DNA of 64,000 nt from Antedon mediterranea (lineage: Eukaryota; Animalia; Echinodermata): NCBI RefSeq assembly GCF_964355755.1, contig NC_092673.1, positions 4,960,001 through 5,024,000 on the forward strand, read 5' to 3'. The position numbers and the translations under genes were made by a program. How positions within the stretch are numbered: position 1 is the stretch's first letter; each line of letters begins with the position of its first letter. Shown here piece by piece: positions 54,683-64,000 of the stretch. Below the pieces are notes generated by a model that made no database searches, was not told the origin of the DNA, and was given only the letters and a program-made list of their open reading frames with translations.

Positions 54683-57440
54683 TAATTTTGATATAAAATT
54701 AATATCTGAACATTTTACTGTTCACTTTATTTCAGAATAAAAATTCCATGTATACAACAAACAATACAAATCTATATATAATCATTATGTAGTATATGAT
54801 TAAGAACATAATATTCTAAAGGATAGAATAATTTAGTGTCAATCCAGCATATGTTCTTCATGTTCCGTCATTCTTTATGTTATTTCTTTCACTATACGGT
54901 AGTAAAAAACCTTTAAACAGAATAAAAAATAACAATAAGAGCGGGAAGTGTGATTAAAATAATAAATGAACATTGGGTTGTGTGATGTAAGTGTAGTCAA
55001 ATTTGTTAGTCTTCATGACAGAATAATATACAAGAAGATGTACATAATTATAATAATGATGTGTACATTGTTACACAGTAATATGCCTATTAGTTTATAA
55101 TATCACACATTTAGTCATAAATTGAATTGTATCTTGTGAATTCGGGTAGATTCTGTATAACGTATCTGCGCATGAAACTTAGCTATACTGAATGGCATAA
55201 TAAAACACGAGAATATTAACTCATTCAGGGGTGAAAACAAATTGCGAATTTATTAAGCTAATTTGCAGGCAGTAATCGTATAAAGGAATGTAGGACTTAA
55301 CACTCTACAAAATGAATTTATGATATTCACTATCTACTTACTCACTCGGAGCAATACACAACTTTTAAGTTTTCGATAGAAACTGTACATGTATTTAATT
55401 ACGCAGATAAAAATCCGTTCAGAGCGTTAGGTGAACACGTATGACAAATGCTTTCTGGATAGATTAATAACTCTACGATACACGACTCACTTATAATGTC
55501 TTTAAACTAAAGAGAATAAGTCGCATTAAAACGATCATTTTATAGCTCCAGCTTTTGACATTAAAGGTCGGGAATAGATTCAGCAAATAGCTCTATTTTC
55601 TGTCACTAATCACAGATTTCCAATATTAATTCAATACCGTACTTAATGTTTTTTTGGCTCGTAAGCCTGAGGCCAATCGTGCATTTAGCTATTTAAAATT
55701 ACCAAAGATGTATATATACCTATATATTTGATAAACTTAAGACTAGATCAACCGTCATTTAAGAACTCCCAAAAGTGCTACACACTCTTTCATTTTCTAC
55801 TTTACCGACACAAAAGGGTCGGCAAAAACAACCACGGTTGATCATTAATATTTTTTATTTTTTCATTGTCGTCTTGTTGATTTTTCTTATTGCCCTCAAC
55901 TAGTTTCCAACAGCTCTGAAAACGACAGAGAAAGCTTTTAACTCACTTTTTTATTGTCAATTTTACAAAGCCACTGGTTGCGGGCTATTTGTCCCGTGGG
56001 ATCTGTCATCCAAGACACTAACAATCTCATTGATACTTCAACATTACCGCACAAAGCGACCTGCCTAGTTGGTTATAAGTATGACAAATCGTCCAGCAGC
56101 CATTATACATAGGTATGAATTCTTAACGACTACAAATGTGTAATCTAAAGAGAATCATTTGTCAGTTTGAGTGAGTAACAACGGCTCATGAGTGCTAGTT
56201 GTCTCAATTTTCTCGCAGTTTGCCTGAGCGGGAGATTTTCTCCAGGCAATAATATTGCAATTTGTCTTTGACGAGATTAATAAAAACGCTACTTGCCTCT
56301 TCATTGAATTCCAAACAAGTATATCAGTTCATGAAAATCGCTAAAACGATAGGGCGGGAGCAATAAGAATTATGTTTAATACGAAAGGAGGAGGAGAATA
56401 TCATGTTGATTTTTTTTTCTTATTTAGGTCTGTTTGCCATCTGTCTCCGTTATTGGATTGAACACGATGACGTTGATTGGGATATTGCAACACGCTTAGT
56501 GTGACGGCGAAACCTGTTTCGTCTCATCTTAATTCTTCAAGCAATTTATCAAAATCAATATTTGTTTTTTACATTTTTGATATTAAAAATGTCTCTCCTC
56601 ATTAGAGTTGATGATGCACCATAAATGAATCGAGTAGCAATATATAACTGTATATACATTCAAACGCGCGCTAGCTTATTACGTGGTTGAATTTCAACAA
56701 ATTAGTGACGCATAAAGATATACTTACGCGCGCGTAAAATTATTGTCAAAGATGAAACATTTTTGTCGACAGTTAAATAAAACAATTGTTAAAGAAGTTT
56801 ATGTAGGCCTAACACTAATAATAGTAACACATACACCCCGAGTGACATTTGAGCCTTTTCAACTCGTGATATCCATTAGGAATTCGTGGACAAATCAGAT
56901 TTTTTAAAAGGCATAATGAATTTGTTCGCATTTTAAAATAATGTATAAAGGTAATATATTGTATTTTTAAAATAAGCAGTAACACTACAGATAGATAAAG
57001 AAGTGCACGTGCGTCACCATGGTGACCCTTTCGTGGAATCCATAAGGAATTGAATGGATAAATCTGTCTTTTTTTGCAATTTTTTTCTTTCTCACTCTCA
57101 TTATATTAATTCATCATTATCTGCTTATATATATGCTAACAAGCATAGCTTCTACATATTTTGACTATTTAAAACAATGAAATAACGGATAGGCCTACGA
57201 TTTTTAATATGAAGTTGTGCGGAGTAAAAAATATATATTTCATCTTTTGACATTTTATTATATTAATCTTCGATGAAAACTAATCGGAATTTCTCTTCCA
57301 ATTTCCTGTATACATCAAAATAAGCTTTTGATATGTTCATGTCCAGTGGCGAACTTGGTGTAGTAGTTATATTATTACAAGCTATCATCACTTTTTGATG
57401 TTGTGGACGGGTGTGAGTCGAGATCAGCAAATTCAAATAC

Positions 57441-58146
57441 AACGACGCCACGGACTGTCAAGAAGTAATTTGCTCCAGCGGCAATTTTAAGAACTGATCA
57501 TGGAGGCCTCATTCATTTATACTATCAGAATGTAAGAGAGGAATTTCACATTTATATAACATATATAATGAATATAGCTTTCTATGAAGAAAACTTCTTT
57601 TATAGAAAGTCCAATATTATGTATACAAAACTTTGATATGTTTGATATTTTTGTTAAAGAAATTATGTGTTTTAGTTGAGCTTTTGAGAAAGTGTTCTAG
57701 GTATAGGCCTACAAAAATTAGATATGTTTAATAAAACGACGCCACGGACTGTCAAGAAGTAATTTTCTACAGCGGCAATTTTAAGAACTGATCATGGAGA
57801 CCTCATTCATGTTAATATAAGAGAGGAATTTCGCACTTTGTTGGAAAATTGCATTTATATAACTTATATTATGAGTATAGTTTTCTATGAAGAAAACTTC
57901 TTTTATAGAAAGTCCAATATTATGTATACAAAAATTAGATATGTTTGATATTTTTGTTAAGAAATTATATCAGAATGTAGCAGAGGAATTTTGCATTTTG
58001 TTGGAAAATTGCATTTAACTTATATAATGAATGTAGTTTTCTATGAAAAAAACTTCTTTTATAGAAATTCCAATATTATGTATACAAAACTTTGATATGT
58101 TTGATATTTGATATGTGTTTTAGTTGAGCTTTTGAGAAAGTGTTCA
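57441..58146. repeat. Rearranged tandem duplication/triplication, unit about 294 bp
   Basis: aacgacgccacggactgtcaagaagtaattt at 57441 and 57735; aaacttcttttatagaaa.tccaatattatgtatacaaaa occurs three times. Confidence 0.9.
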
Positions 58147-59689
58147 GTAATGTATAATATTGTTACTACTGCTACTTCAGTTTATAATAGTGTGAGTTTT
58201 TAATCTCATTTTCCGAGAGGGATAATAATAATTAATATGAAACACAAAATAATTGAAATAAAACACGCGTATATTTCAGGGAAAATAATACTTAACAAAG
58301 CGTTCATACCATATACAAAAGTACAATAGTATGATTCAATGTTAAAAATCAACAAGTGCAATACCTATAACACACAAAACATATCTTCAGATATTGGAGT
58401 CCTATTTTTCAAAAACAATATCATGCTGAAATTAAAAACAAAAAATCAACAATATATAAAATTGGGCCTGTAGGCCTACTATGTAGTTGATGACATTTAC
58501 AAAACAACACCTAACAGAAGACTTGACTTCTAAAGTAGCAGCCTGTTCTGATTATATTAGGCATTACACTGAGGCTGCACAGAGAGGGTGAAGCTAGCCC
58601 CAACATCTATACTGAATGAAGCTGCACCTGGGAAGGTGAAACTAGCCCTAGAAATTGCCGTATAAGCTCAATCTGAAAGAGTGAGGCTTGTTGGGGCAAG
58701 CTAAAAGTCACCAGTGTGAAGTAGGGGCCAACATGGAAGAATAACAGACCATTATAGGTACGATGTTAAAAAATAACACAATTTAAGTACAGTTATACAG
58801 TATAGCAACAAGTGTCAATTAAAAAGAAAGTTTTAGTTTGTAAAAACGACAATCAACAGAATCCATTCAATTTGTATACATAGTCTTAATTAATCCTTCA
58901 ACAATAGTCACGTACCGTAGACCACATATTTCTTTCTTAATATCAATAATGTATTATTTCCTTTTCATTTGATATTTTTTCAATTATTACACTCTTTGAT
59001 GAACTAATTCATTTTATTTTCAATATTGATCTTGTTCTGACTGCATGGTGTCTTTGAAAATCCGTGGATTTTTGTCTGATTGACGCGACCACATTAAGTA
59101 CGTTTTTTCTCACGTATCTCGCGACCTTATGTAACCTACGATTTCATAAAAGTGATAAAGGAATCAACAATAAAGTTCTGTGTAAATAATGAAAATATTG
59201 CCAAAGGGAGAAAAAATCACACTGATTGAAAAATCAAAGTTATTGGAATTATCAAGGTCGCTGTATTTTTTCGTTAAAAAATATTGCTAATTAATTGATA
59301 TTCGGCTGATTCTTCACTACTTGATTATTTGCAATTTCAATTGAGTGTGATTGAGATTGAGTGGAAATGGGTATCAAAAAGCAAACACACTGATAACGGT
59401 ACGGTAACGGTGGCCCTGAAAATAGACAAATCTTGACAATTAAATAGAAATACTGCAAAGAATGTTTTAAAACACGATAAGTTACTTTTAAAATCGTAGT
59501 AGGCCTAGATTTCGTTTTTTTTAAAGAACCGGTAATGCCTAACATGTTTGCCTAGGTTTCTTGTTCTAATTTGTTGTACTTTGAGCCACGAAACGTTAAC
59601 AAATTGGAGAGAAAGAACGAAAAACAAATGCTTGCAAAATGTTATACCACCTTACAATACATAAAAAAATACTAAATCAAACAACAACA

Positions 59690-59960
59690 ATAACAACATA
59701 ATACACAAACATAAACAAAGAAGCAAGAAATAATTTGAAAGATGCATACATTATCATAAATTAAACAAACTTTTCAAAATTCGTTTATATTGCGCCAAGA
59801 AATTTGGCATGATTTGGTCAATTACTATTCCACTCTTTTGGACCAGAAGACAAAATTCTGATCCATTTTCGATTTGTCATTATTTTTCCATTTTTCCGCT
59901 TTCAGCAGCTCTATATAGGAGTAATATTATTTTCTGCTTGTGTCTATAGGATTATTCCCT
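59690..59960 (-). mobile_element. L2/Crack-type LINE 3' relic
   Basis: Minus strand reads SGPKEWNS (about 59825-59848), the same motif class as at 47429. Confidence 0.4.
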
Positions 59961-60168
59961 CTAATTGATATACTCTACTGGTAATATTTCAATGTTTAAA
60001 TTTGACATAAACGTTCATTCTTTACCATTATTTAAATCTCAAGCGTGTCATACAGCAGGCACGGCACATAACCAACTAAATATCAGAAAGTAACATAAAT
60101 TGCTAGCTTATCATACGCGTCGTCGTCATTTACCTAAAGTAATATTATTTGATGATGTTGTAGTCTAT

Positions 60169-60322
60169 AGCTCTGTCTACACTTTCAAACTTTATGTAAC
60201 ACCAAAATGGGAGGTGCCCATATATTGACATGATGATGTCATATCACTATTATATTTGGGTATATCACTACCATATTTGGGCACTTTTGTTGTCAAACTA
60301 GTTTGATAGTGTAGACAGAGCT
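60169..60322 (-). mobile_element. MITE family B, full copy in inverted orientation
   Basis: TIRs AGCTCTGTCTACACTTTCAAACT / AGTTTGATAGTGTAGACAGAGCT, followed by TAA; internal tatcactaccatatttggg. Fragments also at about 17716 and 18910-18932. Confidence 0.85.
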
Positions 60323-60879
60323 TAAAGTTTCTTTTTATTACAAATTTAAATTTAAAGTTATTACACTATTTTCGTTGTACTGTATTTTGTTATTTTGTAG
60401 GCCTATACCAAATATTTGTCCGACCCGATAAAGTCTTTAGGTAGAAAAATTGTGTTCATCATTTGAATACGCTCTCCAGAAGAATCTTATTTATTCAAAT
60501 CTATGCCGTACATTTTAACGCGTTTTTAAAATGTATGTGAATGATTATATCTGCTATTAGGGGCCTACAATATATAATAATGAATGTGAAATGTTTGTGA
60601 CAAATAAGTCAATCTATGCCTATATGTCTAATATATTATGTACCTGTAAAATGATAATATATTCAATTGTACATTGCCAACTTTCCTCGATACTTTCACT
60701 AACTACCGTATTTAAGAAACATAGAACGCTTTTAAATCGTGACAATGTGTTCGTAGCCCGAGGTTCGTGCATCACGGCAGTCATTAGCCACTATTTGATC
60801 GCCTATAATGGCGTCACATAGTGACATTAAAATTGCTCATTTTAGTCGTCAGCCTGGCACACAGAGAAATAAGCTCCTG

Positions 60880-61044
60880 AAAATTACTCCTCAATCAAAT
60901 CACAATAAAATGACGGTTTTCGTGCTCTAAAACAAACGATCTTGAGATAATGAGAGTTCTGTCATGTACAGTGACTCGATTATACTCAAATTTTCTGATT
61001 TTACTTTACAATTATCTGTCTGAAATTATACTTTGTACTCGACT
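60880..61044 (+). repeat. About 165-bp dispersed direct repeat, copy 1
   Basis: aaaattactcctcaatcaaatcaca...tactttgtactcgact also occurs at 62999-63165. Confidence 0.9.
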
Positions 61045-61531
61045 CAAGGACAAGATTGATACAAATAGATGCTTGAGAATCGATTGCCATTTGAAGGTGC
61101 AATTTTTAATGTATAACTCGTTGTATGCTCTTATAAAAATAGCACATTTAACAAACTCCGGCATTAAATGGAAGAAAATTGTTTTATAATAGTCATTAAT
61201 GATACGGTATTACGGCCTATTTAATAACGCGAACTCTTTAGATAACAGTAATGAATGAAGAAAGTAAATTAAAGTCATATAATATAAAACCTAGGCCTAA
61301 TAATTGTATACATTTTTCTTAATGGAAACTTGTAATTCTAAAACAAATCTGATTGTATTAAAGACATTTAAAAGAATAATTTTTTTTTTTCGGTCATTTC
61401 ATCACGAATTTTTCCAAATAGTCATAGTCATATATACTTTATTGTCCATTTAAAAAAACAGAAATGTGATTTGAAAACTGGCAAAATACAAAAATATAAA
61501 ATACAATTTACAAGATTCCTCGCCTAATTTA

Positions 61532-61632
61532 GACTCTATAGCTCACTATGTCGGTCGGTTGGTAAACACTAACTGTCGATAAACACTAACTCAAATTTGC
61601 GCACGCGACTGCAGCCATGTATATGGCTGCTT
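61532..61632 (+). mobile_element. Helentron/HINE-like element, 5'-truncated copy
   Basis: gactctatagctcactatgtcggtcggttggtaaacactaac...gcgcacgcgact plus hairpin gcagccatgtatatggctgc. Confidence 0.65.
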
Positions 61633-61663
61633 AATCTTGGGGTTCTCCTAAATATTTAAACTA

Positions 61664-61680
61664 GCCACTAGATGGCGCTA
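61664..61680 (+). promoter_or_regulatory. CTCF-like binding motif
   Basis: GCCACTAGATGGCGCTA matches the CTCF core consensus CCASYAGRKGGCRS. Confidence 0.55.
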
Positions 61681-62998
61681 TCTAGTTCTAAAGAAATATT
61701 ATTTTTGTTTTAAAAAAGCGGGAACAAGCCTCTTCCAATCTATTCACAGTCTGTTAATTTTATTTTTGTATTTATATGTATCTGGTTAGTGTTTTTATGT
61801 TCTTGATCTTGAATTTGTTAGTGTAGATTTAATTTCAGTAAGTGTTGACTACCGTACCTTCCTAATGTAAAATTACTTATTTTAACGCCTAACCTAATTG
61901 CCTAACGTATACACTAATATTGCAATAATTTGTTATTATTGTCTTTATATATAAATTTAAGCATTTGTTAATGTTGCTTTTAAAAATAGGTTCCAGTGAT
62001 AAATCGTAAAGAATAATTACCAGATGTGTTGGAATAATATATGTGTCTTGCTCCCTCTACGGTGTACTTGTCCAATCTTATTTCAATAGGCGGCGCCATA
62101 GTGGCGTTTCTAAAAGATCAATGAGTTTGTAAAAATCTTGGTAATATAAAACAGGGAAGAGTTAAATTTAACTCTTGCCTGGTAATATTATACTTAAAGC
62201 AAAGAAAAAACTAGGTATGACAACAGTGTACTTTTGCTTACTTTTTTCCACTGTTAACAATAGGTTATTTTTGCTAATTTCCAATTTCTAGTGACGCAAG
62301 CTTAGCTTAAAGACTGAAACAACGAATAATACGCAAATATTTTAAATCTTAATCGTTAAAATATCAATATAGTGTAAAGAAGTAGATTCGTTGCTGTTTC
62401 TTCACTTTCATATTTTATTTGTTGTTTGTTTTGCAGAAGTAAATGACGCAACTCCACTTGAAATATCAAATTATATTATTATGCCATAGATTTATAATTT
62501 TGATAGCATTTAATGCTTTTTTTAATTGTTTAATACATCAATATAGAATAAAAAAACAGCCTTTGATAATTATATTAATATTTTTCTATCCAAATAGGTA
62601 CAGGGGCTTGTGTTGACGTCACACGCCATCGATATCAATCAGTTTAATGGAGATATAAAGCTGTGGTGCATTAATTAATACCTTAAATAGAATAAAAAGT
62701 ACAACCGTTATGCCAACACATTCTATTAAGCAATCTAGAATTTATGGGCGATTCATAATTAATTTCAAATCTTTCCCTTAAATATTCTAATTACTGTTAC
62801 TTGCACTATCTTAATGAAAATGGCCAACTTAATCTTCGTATATGAATTTTAATAGATAAAGTATTTTGCGTTAATTTAGAGCGTAGTCTAGTTTAAAATG
62901 AATATAATTACGCTTGTATACACTACCGCCCTCTAGTTAATAAAGATGCAATACCAAAGCTATGCTATAAATATAAAAACTTGGCTCAAAATTGGCTC

Positions 62999-63165
62999 AA
63001 AATTACTCCTCAATCAAATCACAGTAAAATGACGGTTTTCGTGCTCTAAAACAAACGATCTTGAGATATGAGAGTTCTGTAATGTACAGTGACTCGATTA
63101 TACTCAAATGATTTATGTTTTTACTTTACAATTATCTGTCTGAAATGATACTTTGTACTCGACTA
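62999..63165 (+). repeat. About 165-bp dispersed direct repeat, copy 2
   Basis: Highly similar to 60880-61044 with small indels. Confidence 0.9.
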
Positions 63166-63674
63166 TGAAATAAATGTTGATCATGTTGGAATGATTATTG
63201 ACTTACTAATATATATTATTAACTTACAATAAACATCTAAATCATTATTTTAAAATACGCTATTGACATTTTTTATCATTGATCATCAACGAATACAAAG
63301 CTAAACCTATTTGTTTTTATGTACTGTTTGTTTTTTTCTGGATTAAATTAAACTAAAATAATCTATTTAAAAAACCCAATTGCCATTTTGTCAATGTCCT
63401 GTTGAAATATTAATTACCGGTAATTAATGGAAACTTAATTTAAATGATAGCCAAAACTGATTTTTCATCAAAACCAATAATAATGTCATTCTTGTATGAG
63501 ATATGCGAGGATTTCTACCAAAGTATATTCAAGACTTTGCTTGATCAAATCTTAATCTATGTTTTGTTCTTTTTCCTAACAAGTGAATCTACTTGTAAAC
63601 AAGACCTAAAATACTTCTCAGCAAAATTGACACCAATATAGGCTTACATCAATTATACATTAGTATAAAGGGAG

Positions 63675-63903
63675 AAGTAAAAAAAGAGATAAAAGTGAAA
63701 AAAAATATATGTGAAAAGAGATAAGTAAAAAAGAGATAAAGGTTAAAAAAGATAAGTGAAAATAGATAAGTGAAAAGAGATAAGTAAAAAAAAATAATGG
63801 TGAAAAGATAAGTGAAAATAGATAAGTAAAAAAGAGATAAAAGTGAAAGATAAGCGAAAAGAGATAAAATTGAAAAAAGATAAGTGAAAAGGGATAAAGT
63901 AAA
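63675..63903. repeat. Degenerate purine-rich minisatellite (GATAAGTGAAAA-like)
   Basis: Repeated gataagt(g/a)aaaa units of 12-15 bp; it produces the F/L/Y-rich ORFs. Confidence 0.85.
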
Positions 63904-64000
63904 ACACAATTAAATACCATCATGATCTCCCTTTTTAGTGTTATCTTTTTCATCTCTCCGTTTATTCGTATTCAGATTTATTTTTCATCCGAGGCATCTA

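Noticed and set aside
63649-63953. Phe/Leu-rich membrane-protein-like ORFs
   Set aside because: Antisense translation of a purine-rich minisatellite.

Overview
AT-rich (roughly 30% GC by eye) eukaryotic DNA with spliceosomal introns, from an invertebrate animal. A non-vertebrate deuterostome such as an echinoderm is plausible but is an inference. Two NK-like (NKL) homeobox genes lie head-to-head about 35 kb apart: the first coding exon of Hhex (minus strand, 875->407, rest off the left edge) and a complete two-exon Hmx/NK5 gene (plus strand, 35777-36098 + 37161-37738, 299 aa). No other convincing protein-coding gene is present. The rest is non-coding DNA with non-autonomous elements: two Harbinger-like MITE families, a TTAA-flanked Kolobok-like element, Helentron/HINE-like elements, two copies of a tRNA-derived Deu/Nin-type SINE, and L2/Crack LINE relics. 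It also holds minisatellites, local duplications, CTCF-like sites and candidate enhancers. Three observations stand out. (1) A ~3.4-kb higher-order satellite is built from two kinds of hairpin unit, one of them pre-miRNA-sized. (2) The 8-mer TAGGCCTA is in large excess, and paralogue comparisons inside the window show it as a 6-bp insertion at TA; it and related TA-NNN-TA words look like DNA-transposon excision footprints. (3) Hhex and Hmx are tightly and divergently linked. Counts and coordinates were read by eye.
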